The translations under genes were made by a program, and so were the position numbers. Below, one piece after another: positions 7,822-17,477 of a DNA stretch of 17,477 nucleotides. A model generated the notes under the pieces. The model did no database searches and was not told where the DNA came from. It worked only from the letters and a program-made list of their open reading frames with translations. Origin of the DNA: an uncultured Deinococcales bacterium (GTDB lineage: Bacteria; Deinococcota; Deinococci; Deinococcales; JAAFIG01); assembly GCA_964244895.1 (NCBI GenBank), contig CAXTKV010000107.1:1-17477 (forward strand), read 5' to 3'. Numbering within the stretch: the first letter of the stretch is position 1; every line of letters starts with the position of its first letter.

Positions 7822-8862
7822 TCAATCGCTGCTGGCCACGGGCGTGACGGCGGGCGTGGCGGTTCCCGGCGAACCTTTGGAATCGCTCGAGTGGCCGGGT
7901 TCGACCTTCAATTCCGGGTTGGCGACCACGGCGGCGTGGTTGGCGGCGATGGCGGCCTCGCCGTACCCGGTGGCAATCAGCTTGAGCTTGCCCGGATACA
8001 GCGCGATATCGCCGCAGGCGAACACGCCCGGCAGGTTCGTCTCCATCGTCGGGGAGACCTTGATTCGGTCGCCGCTCAAATCCAATCCCCATTCCGCGAT
8101 CGGCCCGAGCTTGGACAGGTATCCGACCATCGAGAGCACCTCGTCGACCTCGAGAATTTTCTCTTCTTTGGTGGCGCTCTGAAAGATCGCGGCGCGCTGC
8201 ACGCGACCCTCGCCCTCGATCCGAGCCAGCTCAAAGGGCGTCAGCACGCTGATCTCGCCTTTCTCGGCGGCCTCGATCATCTGGTTGGTGGTCGCGGCGT
8301 GCGCCCGGAAGGAATTCCGGCGGTGAATTAACGTCACGCTCTTGGCGACATCCTTGAGCATCAGCGTCCAGTCCACCGCGCTGTCACCGCCGCCCAGGAT
8401 CAGGACGCGCTTGTCGCGGTAACTTTCCAGGCTTTTGACGGCGTAACTTAAACCCTTGCCCTCGAAATCCGAGACGCCCGGCGCGGTCAGCTTGCGCGGC
8501 TCGAACGCGCCCAACCCGCCCGCGATAATCACGCTGGCGGCGCTGTAGGTCTTGCCTTTGTCGGTCGTCAGGTTCCAACCTTCCGGTGAGCGCTCGAGCT
8601 TGATGGCCTGTTCGCCCAGCGTGAACACCGGGCTGAACGGCGCGAGCTGCTCGACCTGGTTCTTGACCAGTTCCTTGGCGCGCACCTTCGGAAAGCCCGC
8701 CACGTCGTAGATGTACTTTTCCGGGTACAACGCCGTCAGTTGTCCGCCCGGTTCCGGCAGGGCATCCACCAATCGCATCGTCAGGTCGCGCATCCCGGTG
8801 TAAAACGCGGCGAACAACCCGACTGGGCCAGCTCCGATGATGATCACGTCCGTGTTCGGCAT
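7822..8862 (-). CDS. Ferredoxin-NADP+ reductase, thioredoxin-reductase-like type (YumC family)
   Basis: [55 protein letters not shown] and C-terminal HSS. No CxxC. TACTTT 6 nt upstream of the ATG. Confidence 0.9.
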   Translation of the reverse strand: MPNTDVIIIGAGPVGLFAAFYTGMRDLTMRLVDALPEPGGQLTALYPEKYIYDVAGFPKVRAKELVKNQVEQLAPFSPVFTLGEQAIKLERSPEGWNLTTDKGKTYSAASVIIAGGLGAFEPRKLTAPGVSDFEGKGLSYAVKSLESYRDKRVLILGGGDSAVDWTLMLKDVAKSVTLIHRRNSFRAHAATTNQMIEAAEKGEISVLTPFELARIEGEGRVQRAAIFQSATKEEKILEVDEVLSMVGYLSKLGPIAEWGLDLSGDRIKVSPTMETNLPGVFACGDIALYPGKLKLIATGYGEAAIAANHAAVVANPELKVEPGHSSDSKGSPGTATPAVTPVASSD

Positions 8863-8950
8863 GACCTGAAAGTAGCACGGCGCGCCGGGGACGATGGACT
8901 CGGGTACGACACTTTTTGGGTGACACCGGATGCAATTCGAGTCCCGCCCT

Positions 8951-9011
8951 GGAACACCGTCCTGGACACCATTTTTCTCGATCTTTAGAAGTGCGTCTGG
9001 GACGGTGTTCC
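8951..9011. repeat. Inverted pair of the intergenic repeat family
   Basis: GGAACACCGTCC (8951-8962) and GGACGGTGTTCC (9000-9011), perfect 12-bp arms; the right arm extends as GCGTCTGGGACGGTGTTCCTCGAG. Confidence 0.85.
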
Positions 9012-9028
9012 TCGAGACATATCCCGAG

Positions 9029-9065
9029 AAACGAAAACGGAGGCTCCGCGTGGGAACCTCCGTTT
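9029..9065 (-). terminator. Intrinsic terminator of the BON-LysM gene
   Basis: Minus strand reads AAACGGAGG...CCTCCGTTT followed by TCGTTT, 14 nt after the stop. Confidence 0.75.
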
Positions 9066-9078
9066 GGTGGCTCGAGCC

Positions 9079-9774
9079 TTATCGCGGAATTTGAAGCTTC
9101 TGACCGACCTGGATCATGTCCGGGTTGGAAATGTTATTCGCGTGCGCGATGTCCTTGTACTTCATCTCGTCGCCGTAGAACTGCTGCGCGATGCTCGAGA
9201 GCGTGTCGCCGGCCTGCACGGTGTAGTACTCGTCGGGGATGTTGACGTAACCGGGCGCGGCGGCCTTGGCTTTCTCCTTGACGCCCTCGTGAACTTCCAG
9301 GTCGCTCGCGTTGACGCTGCTCACGCCCGGCGTGTTCTGCGCGAGCTGCACCGCCAGATTGTACTCGTGCTGGCTGTCGACTGCGCCGCTCAGCACGATG
9401 GTGCTGCCGGACTGCATGACATCGATCGGGTTCTCTTTCAGTTCGCCGTTGGCGCGGATGTCGTTGTACGCCATCTTGGCCAGACCGCTCGGGTCGGCCT
9501 CGAGTTCCACGCCGCCCGAAGCCGGACCAGTGCTCGAAACATCGGCGGGCGCATCAGCCGGAAAGGTCAGCCCGGTCGCGTCGACGGATTTGACGCCGTG
9601 AAAGCCCATGCCCATCGATTCCACGAACCCTGGGAACCTCGAGTTGGGAACCTGGCCGGAAACGTGAACCGTACCGCCCTGCTCCGTCACCTGCAAGTTC
9701 AAACCCTGCGTGGGTGGGGTGCTATCGAGGGCTTCCTTGAACCGTTGCGCGGTCGATTTACCGAATGGCCACAT
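9079..9774 (-). CDS. Two-BON-domain plus LysM protein (Kbp/XkdP-like)
   Basis: C-terminal LysM YTVQAGDTLSSIAQQFYGD...NPDMIQVGQKLQIP and two BON-like segments (V-GGTVHVSGQV; V-GSTIVLSGAVDS). AAGGAGG precedes ATG 9774 (MWPFGK). Confidence 0.88.
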   Translation of the reverse strand: MWPFGKSTAQRFKEALDSTPPTQGLNLQVTEQGGTVHVSGQVPNSRFPGFVESMGMGFHGVKSVDATGLTFPADAPADVSSTGPASGGVELEADPSGLAKMAYNDIRANGELKENPIDVMQSGSTIVLSGAVDSQHEYNLAVQLAQNTPGVSSVNASDLEVHEGVKEKAKAAAPGYVNIPDEYYTVQAGDTLSSIAQQFYGDEMKYKDIAHANNISNPDMIQVGQKLQIPR

Positions 9775-9887
9775 ACGTCCTCCTTGAACGGGTTGAATCT
9801 GAGCGTTGAGCATACCGCCTGAAAGTAAAGCCAGCGTGATGTCCGTGTGATCTGATGCCCCAGCTCGGGCTCGGACGGGGATTCACC

Positions 9888-9919
9888 AAAAAGTAAGGCG
9901 GGAGATCAGCTCTCCCGCC
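9888..9919 (-). terminator. Intrinsic terminator after tRNA-Arg
   Basis: GGCGGGAGA-gctga-TCTCCCGCC followed by TTACTTTTT on the minus strand. Confidence 0.85.
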
Positions 9920-9922
9920 CGT

Positions 9923-12012
<2,090 letters not shown>

Positions 12013-12091
12013 ACCCCGAATCTCGAGATATCTGTCTCGTAGCGCCGCAATTCGTTGCGCCCTCGAGCGCAGACCTCGTTGCGCGCTCGAG

Positions 12092-12137
12092 GACACCGTC
12101 GGGCGCGAACGCTCGAAAACGCGTCTGGGACGGTGTT
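12092..12137. repeat. Inverted pair of the intergenic repeat family
   Basis: GACACCGTC (12092-12100) and GCGTCTGGGACGGTGTT (12121-12137). Confidence 0.7.
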
Positions 12138-12139
12138 TC

Positions 12140-13003
12140 TTGAACATCGAGCCTCACCACTACAGCGTCTTTGCACCCGAGGAGAATCTGGCGGGCGGCA
12201 AGCGGTTCGGGTTGGTGGATCGAGCCGTACCACTCGAGTCCATGCCGGAAATCGCGCGGGAAAGCGGAGCGCCGTTGACGGTCTTCATCACGGGTCAGAG
12301 CGAACCTCGAGTGAATGTGCGGTTCATCAACGCGTCCGGCAAGGAAAAACCCGAAAGCGATTCCGGTGCGCTGGTCGTGGCGCACTGGATCGGTCGCAGT
12401 TGCACGGTCGTCGCACCGGGCGGCGAACTCGCGGTGACGCTCGAGGATGGGGCGTGCTGGGCGGCGCAGGGAGATCATCATTTGGTGCCGCTTCAGGGTA
12501 AGGAATCCGATTGGCTGGACGCGTTGGGGATTCCAGCCCGAATGCTCGAGACGATGTTTGGTGTTCACTGCGCGGGACAGGTGGACAAGTTCAACGCGGT
12601 CGTGCCCGTGCGGTTCGAGGCGTTGGACTCGATCAGGCCGAACCTCGAGCGCGTGGCGGAATTGCAGCGTCATTCAGGCGTGAATGGCGTGATCGTGGCG
12701 GCCTTCGACTCGCCCAGGGCCACGCTGGACTACCGCTTCTTCTCGCCCGCCAGGGGCATCAATGAGGACAACGCGGGTTCATTCACGCTCGCCAGCCTGT
12801 GCGGTCACCGCGCCGCGCACCTCTTGAGCGGCCTACAAGACGTGAGCGCGGCTCAAGGCTTCGCGATGGGCAAACCCTCGAGCTTGCGCGCCAGGTACAT
12901 CGCTCGGGACAGCGTGGCGTTGGCCGTGCAGGTCGGCGGGATCGTGCGGGAACACCGTCTCGCGCGTGATCCAGAGAATGCCGTGCAGGACGGTGTTTTG
13001 TGA
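12140..13003 (+). CDS. Degenerate PhzF / diaminopimelate-epimerase-like protein
   Basis: YSVFA-GG, IARESGAPLTVFI, VRF, YRFFSP-GINED-AGS, QGFAMGKPSSL, VQVGG. TTG start is uncertain. Confidence 0.78.
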   Translation: MNIEPHHYSVFAPEENLAGGKRFGLVDRAVPLESMPEIARESGAPLTVFITGQSEPRVNVRFINASGKEKPESDSGALVVAHWIGRSCTVVAPGGELAVTLEDGACWAAQGDHHLVPLQGKESDWLDALGIPARMLETMFGVHCAGQVDKFNAVVPVRFEALDSIRPNLERVAELQRHSGVNGVIVAAFDSPRATLDYRFFSPARGINEDNAGSFTLASLCGHRAAHLLSGLQDVSAAQGFAMGKPSSLRARYIARDSVALAVQVGGIVREHRLARDPENAVQDGVL

Positions 13004-13887
13004 GCCTCGAGATTCACGATTACCTGGCCTTCACGGATTCACCCAGGGGTGGAAACCTGGCCGCCGTCGTGTTCGGGCTGGACGTGGAATCGACGCGCAA
13101 AATGCAGGAACTCGCCACCAGCATCGGCGCGCCCGCGACGGCGTTCGTCGGTATCAGCCAGCGTTTATTCCACGATGAATCCGCGTTCCCGCTCCGGTTG
13201 CGGTTCTTCACGCCCGAACTAGAGGAGAACGTCTGCGGTCACGCCACCATCGCCGCGCTGCACGCGCTCAAAGCCCGAGGCGAACTGAACGGTTTCGGGT
13301 TTCCCGACGCAGCATTTCAACTCGAGACGAACCTGGGATTGCAACGCGCGAAGCTCGAGCGCGGTATTGCGTGGCTCGAGTACGGGGATGCGAAGGCCCG
13401 CGAGGTCGATCTCGAGCGCGAACACGTCGCGACTGCCCTCGGCCTCGAGACTGACGATCTGCACGAGGACTTGCCCGTCCTGATCGCGGATGCTGGACGC
13501 GCCAAACTTTTTTGCGCCGTTCCCAGCACGATTTTTCTGGACGCCATCGAACCCGACCTGGACGCGATCAAGAACCTGTGCCTCGAGACGGGTACGACGG
13601 GCATGGTCGCGTTCACTTTCCCTGGTCGGGACGGCGCGTTCACAGACATGCGGCATTTCTCGTTTCAGAAGTCCGTGGTCGAAGATGCAGCCACCGGCAA
13701 CGCGCACGCGGCCCTGTGCGCGTACCTGGCGCGCACGCGGTTCTTCGACGACGGCGAGCGCGCCTTCACGGGCGTTCAGGGCTACGCGCTGGGCAAACCA
13801 TCCCGGCTCGAGGTGCGGTGCAGGGTCAGTGCTGACACGGTTTCTCAGGTCTGGGTGGGCGGAAAGGCGATACGGGTGGACAGATGA
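13000..13887 (+). CDS. PhzF family isomerase/epimerase
   Basis: AFTDSPRGGNLAAVV, LRFFTP-E-CGHATIA, EDAATG, QGYALGKPSRL, VWVGG; GTGA overlap with the upstream gene. Confidence 0.9.
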   Translation: MSLEIHDYLAFTDSPRGGNLAAVVFGLDVESTRKMQELATSIGAPATAFVGISQRLFHDESAFPLRLRFFTPELEENVCGHATIAALHALKARGELNGFGFPDAAFQLETNLGLQRAKLERGIAWLEYGDAKAREVDLEREHVATALGLETDDLHEDLPVLIADAGRAKLFCAVPSTIFLDAIEPDLDAIKNLCLETGTTGMVAFTFPGRDGAFTDMRHFSFQKSVVEDAATGNAHAALCAYLARTRFFDDGERAFTGVQGYALGKPSRLEVRCRVSADTVSQVWVGGKAIRVDR

Positions 13888-14252
13888 ACGCGAGACTGAA
13901 AGTGGTTTTCGATCGGTACGTGCAAGCCCTGATCACCCGAGATCGGGATGCGCTCGAGGACGTGCTGACCGAAGAATTCCGTTTCACCAACACCGCCGCG
14001 AAATTCCAGACGAAACGCGAACGGATCGCGTCGATCCTGGAGAACCCCGTGTTCGACAGCCTGAAATACCGAAATATCGATTTTGAACCGCTCGGTGACG
14101 CGTGCCTGGTGTTCGCGGAGTTCCAGTACGCGGGTACGGAACCGGGCGTGCTGTACTTCGGGCGCAGCACCTTTGCCTTCGCGCGGCAGGCGGAAAGCTG
14201 GAAGCTGGTGGCGCAGCACAACTCTCATGCCGCTTCGGAATACAGCGTCTAG
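13884..14252 (+). CDS. NTF2-like (DUF4440/SnoaL-like) protein
   Basis: RDRDALEDVLTEEFRF and WKLVAQHNS pattern, 122 aa; ATGA overlap with the upstream gene. Confidence 0.8.
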   Translation: MNARLKVVFDRYVQALITRDRDALEDVLTEEFRFTNTAAKFQTKRERIASILENPVFDSLKYRNIDFEPLGDACLVFAEFQYAGTEPGVLYFGRSTFAFARQAESWKLVAQHNSHAASEYSV

Positions 14253-14288
14253 GACGGTGTTTATGAATATGGAAACCGTTCAGGACGC
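14245..14288. repeat. Inverted pair of the intergenic repeat family between convergent genes
   Basis: GCGTCTAGGACGGTGTTT and AAACCGTTCAGGACGC; the left arm supplies the TAG stop of the NTF2-like gene. Confidence 0.7.
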
Positions 14289-14304
14289 AACGATCAGGCT
14301 CGAG

Positions 14305-14511
14305 TCAGAGCTTTCGGTACTCGTCCTCGGTCATCTGGATTTGCGCGAGGATGTCCTTGAAGAGTCTCTTCGGCAATTCCCTGGGGTGGAACGGGATCAC
14401 TGTAAAACGACCGTCCGGGTGGAAGAATTTGCGATGATCGCCGCGACCAGGCTCTTCAAAGAAACCCGCGTGGCGCAGCTTTCGGGCGACATCGGCGGGT
14501 CTAAGCGGCAA
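14305..14511 (-). CDS. hicA: HicA family mRNA interferase toxin
   Basis: L-AGF-GRGDHRKFFHPDGRFTVIPFH-ELPK-L-IL-Q pattern with the conserved His. Probable TTG start at 14511 (MPLRPADV) overlapping the hicB end. Confidence 0.85.
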   Translation of the reverse strand: MPLRPADVARKLRHAGFFEEPGRGDHRKFFHPDGRFTVIPFHPRELPKRLFKDILAQIQMTEDEYRKL

Positions 14512-14809
14512 CCGTATCCACCCGAGCCTGGACGGAAACCTGCGCGAGGTGCAACTCGACCTCGGGGCCAAGCTCGTACAGTTCGCGTGCCACGCTTCGG
14601 GCTGTATCGGCATCTGGTACGTCGTCGGGCCATGTTTGACCGCGCTCGATTAGGAACTCGAGGACGGTCTCGAGGGCTTCTTGGGTCATTGCCAGGGCGT
14701 GTTCTTTTGTGTCACCGCACGATTGCGCCGCGCGAACGGCTGGTACGGTTCCTAGCCAATCCGTGGGATCGTCAGGATCTTGGAACACGACCACGGTGTA
14801 GGTTCGCAT
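14501..14809 (-). CDS. hicB: HicB family antitoxin (short, 102 aa)
   Basis: YTVVV-D-W-VP-SCGDT-EHAL-EAL-L-G-P partial RNase H fold pattern. TATACT 6 nt upstream of ATG 14809. Confidence 0.88.
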   Translation of the reverse strand: MRTYTVVVFQDPDDPTDWLGTVPAVRAAQSCGDTKEHALAMTQEALETVLEFLIERGQTWPDDVPDADTARSVARELYELGPEVELHLAQVSVQARVDTVAA

Positions 14810-14843
14810 GGCTCGAGTATAGGCGCATGATGCGAGAGACAGC

Positions 14844-15146
14844 ATGAAATGGGTTCTTGTTGACTCGCCCGAAACACCCGTCGCGGTGTGCGAAGTTACG
14901 TGCAAAATATGCGCTGAGAAGCACCAGCAAGCCTTTGGTGATCTGATAATGCAGATGGAGCGTGGCGGCACTCGGGAAGCCGGAAGCTGGCGTGATTGGG
15001 CTACAAAATCGGAAGGTCTTGACCTCGAACCGTTTAGACCCGCACCGCCGAGTGTCACTATGCGGCTTGTTTGGTTCGAGGGTCAGAGAATTCTTCGCGG
15101 TGAATGTCCGGTTTGCGAGACAACACATTGGAGCGAACGACGATGA
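14844..15146 (+). CDS. Hypothetical 100-aa protein with two CxxC pairs (putative Zn ribbon)
   Basis: CKIC and CPVC; the stop overlaps the lysT start (ATGA at 15143-15146). Confidence 0.6.
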   Translation: MKWVLVDSPETPVAVCEVTCKICAEKHQQAFGDLIMQMERGGTREAGSWRDWATKSEGLDLEPFRPAPPSVTMRLVWFEGQRILRGECPVCETTHWSERR

Positions 15147-16396
15147 AACCTCAAACGATGGCTGAAAAAATCCTCTCGAGAAAATCGGGAAAGACGGTCT
15201 TCGCGGGCGACCTCGCGGTGGTCGAGGTGGACAACGTCATGATCGTGGATTCCATCGCGGAATCGGTGATCGAGATTCTCGAGAAGGAGCTGAACGCGCG
15301 CCCCAAGCACCCCGAGCGCGTCAGCATCGTGATCGATCACGTCGCGCCCGCATCTTCGGTCAACGTGGCGAAGTCGCACCAGGCGTCCCGAAAGTTCGCG
15401 GCTGAAACGGGCGTGAAGCTCTTCGATGTCGGTCGCGGCATCTGCCATCAGGTCTTGATCGAGGAAAAGCTGGCGTTTCCCGGCGCGATCGTGCTGGGTT
15501 CGGACTCGCACAGCACGACTTACGGCGCTGTCGCGGCTTTCGGGACGGGCATGGGTGCGACGGATATCGCGCTGGCGGCTGCGTCTGGCAAGACGTGGTT
15601 GAAGGTTCCCGAATCCGTCAAGGTCACGCTGACGGGCGAACCCGCGAGTGGTGTCTCCGCCAAGGACATCGCGCTCGAGATGATCCGCCTGCTGACGGCG
15701 GATGGCGCGACCTACATGAGCGTCGAGATTCACGCTGGCAACCGCTTCACGCGCGGTGAACGCATGACGCTGGCAAACCTGTGCGTCGAGGCGGGCGCGA
15801 AGGCGGGCATGGTCGTTCCGGGCGGCGAGATTCTGACCGATTACGGTTACGACGTGCCCGACTGGGTTTACCCCGACCAGGGCGCGAGCTACATCGATCA
15901 GATCACGATTGATTGCGCCGCCCTGACGCCGCGCATGAGCGTGCCGAACTACGTGGACAACGTGGCGAGCGTCTCGAGCTTGCGGGGCAAGAAGGTCGAT
16001 CAGGTCTTTATCGGGACGTGCACCAACGGCAGGTTGGAGGATTTGCACGCCGCTGCAGCCATCCTGAAAGGCCGCAAGGTCGCGCCGCACACGCGCCTGC
16101 TGGTGATCCCGGCATCCTCTGAAGTGCTCGAGCAGGCGATGGCGGACGGCACGTTGTTGACGATTATTCAGGCGGGCGGCACGCTGTCCACGCCGGGTTG
16201 CGGGCCGTGCATGGGCCGTCACCAGGGCGTGCTGGGGCCGGGCGAGGTCTGCGTCAGCACCAGCAACCGCAACTTTATCGGGCGCATGGGCGATGCGAAC
16301 GCGGAAATCTACCTGGCGAGCCCCGCCGTGGCCGCGGCCACGGCCATCATGGGCCAGATTGCGCTGCCCGAAGATCTGCTCGAGGTCGGCGCGTGA
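15143..16396 (+). CDS. lysT: Homoaconitase large subunit
   Basis: QTMAEKIL, VDSIA, IDHVAP, GSDSHSTTYGA, GTCTNGR, PGCGPCMGRH, STSNRNF-GRMG; matches Thermus LysT (HacA type) and lies in the hcs cluster. Confidence 0.92.
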   Translation: MKPQTMAEKILSRKSGKTVFAGDLAVVEVDNVMIVDSIAESVIEILEKELNARPKHPERVSIVIDHVAPASSVNVAKSHQASRKFAAETGVKLFDVGRGICHQVLIEEKLAFPGAIVLGSDSHSTTYGAVAAFGTGMGATDIALAAASGKTWLKVPESVKVTLTGEPASGVSAKDIALEMIRLLTADGATYMSVEIHAGNRFTRGERMTLANLCVEAGAKAGMVVPGGEILTDYGYDVPDWVYPDQGASYIDQITIDCAALTPRMSVPNYVDNVASVSSLRGKKVDQVFIGTCTNGRLEDLHAAAAILKGRKVAPHTRLLVIPASSEVLEQAMADGTLLTIIQAGGTLSTPGCGPCMGRHQGVLGPGEVCVSTSNRNFIGRMGDANAEIYLASPAVAAATAIMGQIALPEDLLEVGA

Positions 16397-16448
16397 GTCG
16401 CGGCTCAGACCTCGCGTTCTCGCCCGCTTCGACTCGAGCATCCGCGAT

Positions 16449-16503
16449 ACCGTGCGCACCGCAATACTTCATTCAACGCGCGTTTTGCTGCGTGCTGGAC
16501 GGT
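16449..16503. repeat. Intergenic repeat unit with degenerate partner
   Basis: TGCGTGCTGGACGGT (16489-16503) and degenerate ACCGTGCGCACCGCA (16449-16463). Confidence 0.65.
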
Positions 16504-16561
16504 GAAAATCGAACATTCGCTTCACAAGAAATCTTAATGAGCGCGTGGGATCGTCATCGTC

Positions 16562-17422
16562 GTGGAACTGACGCAGGCGCTGAAGTCGTTGTTGACCGTC
16601 AGAAGATTCCCGTGGCGCGTGGTCGCGCTGTTGTACCTGCTGGATTTCCTGCTGGTGATCGTCGCCAACGGCTGGCTGGGTCACCAGATCGATCAACTCT
16701 GGCCTTTCGACGGCATCATCCAGTCCGATCTGGTGATCAACCTGGTGATCATCGGGCTGATTCTGCTGCCCGCCTTCTGGCTGGCCAGAGTGCGCTGGAA
16801 CGACCTGGGTTTCGATTCCCTCAACCTGCGCGACGGCCTGATCTTCACGCTGTTGTGCCTCGATATCTGCATCGTGCTGTTCCCGCTCTTGTCGGGGTTG
16901 ATGCACGAACCGCTCGATCTGGGCGTGCGGCTGAACGCCTTCTGGGTCGGCAACGTCATCACGCTCGCCATCGGCGTGGCCTTCACCGAAGAATTGCTGT
17001 ACCGGGGTTTTCACCTGCGCCAGATGTACCAGCGTTTCCGCCGTTCGACCCGCGAACGCGTGCCGATCAGGACGCACCAGGCGCGGTTGGGTTTCGCGCT
17101 GGTGGCCAGCCAGTTGATGTTCGCCATCGCGCACCTTCCCGGACGGCTCGCGTCGGGATCGAACTTGGAACGGTTGCCCTTGGAAATCTTCATCCTGTTC
17201 TCGATGGGATTGCTGTTCGCGTTCGTGTACCTGCGCACGCGCAGCTTGGCGGCGGCCATCGGCGCGCACTTCCTGTACGACTTCGTGGCCGGGTTGCCCG
17301 GTGCGCCCGCCCTGCCCGTACTGATGGTCAACGTCGTGCTGATGCTGGTGACGTTCATCTGGCCGATCCTGCCGCGCGGCAAGCTGTTCAGGGCCAAACC
17401 CCGCCTGGAATCTCACGGCTGA
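16562..17422 (+). CDS. CPBP family (CAAX/Abi) intramembrane glutamic endopeptidase
   Basis: EELLYRG, FAIAH and AAIGAHFLYD motifs with multiple TM helices. Start codon uncertain. Confidence 0.88.
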   Translation: MELTQALKSLLTVRRFPWRVVALLYLLDFLLVIVANGWLGHQIDQLWPFDGIIQSDLVINLVIIGLILLPAFWLARVRWNDLGFDSLNLRDGLIFTLLCLDICIVLFPLLSGLMHEPLDLGVRLNAFWVGNVITLAIGVAFTEELLYRGFHLRQMYQRFRRSTRERVPIRTHQARLGFALVASQLMFAIAHLPGRLASGSNLERLPLEIFILFSMGLLFAFVYLRTRSLAAAIGAHFLYDFVAGLPGAPALPVLMVNVVLMLVTFIWPILPRGKLFRAKPRLESHG

Positions 17423-17460
17423 TCGCGGTTCAAGCGCCCAAAAAACGAATCCTGAACGCC

Positions 17461-17477
17461 CGAGAAGACTGTTCCAG
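17461..17477. repeat. Start of another intergenic repeat unit, cut by the window edge
   Basis: CGAGAAGACTGTTCCAG resembles CGAGAAGACCGTCCCAG at 3722-3738. Confidence 0.55.

Noticed and set aside
7822..8862. Thioredoxin reductase trxB
   Set aside because: No CxxC; carries YumC-type FNR motifs
12140..14252. Phenazine biosynthesis cluster
   Set aside because: No phzD/E/G, and the PhzF catalytic Glu motif is missing; the NTF2-like protein alone is not evidence of PhzA/B
14844..15146. LysW carrier protein
   Set aside because: Too long and lacks the C-terminal EDWGE

Overview
GC-rich (about 63% by eye) chromosomal window from a member of the Deinococcota, judged by close resemblance of the proteins to Thermus/Deinococcus PilM, ThyX, HICDH, HCS and LysT and by many leaderless promoters. 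Minus-strand genes: 3'-truncated pilM, thyX, homoisocitrate dehydrogenase, a small hypothetical protein, a YumC-type ferredoxin-NADP reductase, a 2xBON-LysM protein, tRNA-Arg(UCU) and a hicB-hicA toxin-antitoxin pair. Plus-strand genes: an AttH/CrtC-like lipoprotein, a GT21/HpnI-like glycosyltransferase, HMG-CoA lyase, and an interrupted alpha-aminoadipate lysine cluster (homocitrate synthase, GNAT, two degenerate PhzF/DapF-like genes, NTF2-like, Zn-ribbon ORF, homoaconitase large subunit, CPBP protease). The most striking non-coding signals are four. (1) A leaderless Lys-Lys leader peptide with a terminator/antiterminator upstream of homocitrate synthase. (2) About 75 CTCGAG sites by hand count, against roughly 6 expected, some fused to -10 boxes. 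(3) A family of inverted repeats (GAGAASACCGTCCCAG/CAGCACGC) in most intergenic gaps. (4) A tandem NrdR-box-like pair over the thyX promoter. No CRISPR, rRNA, integrase or transposase was seen. All protein identifications come from motif recognition, not database searches.
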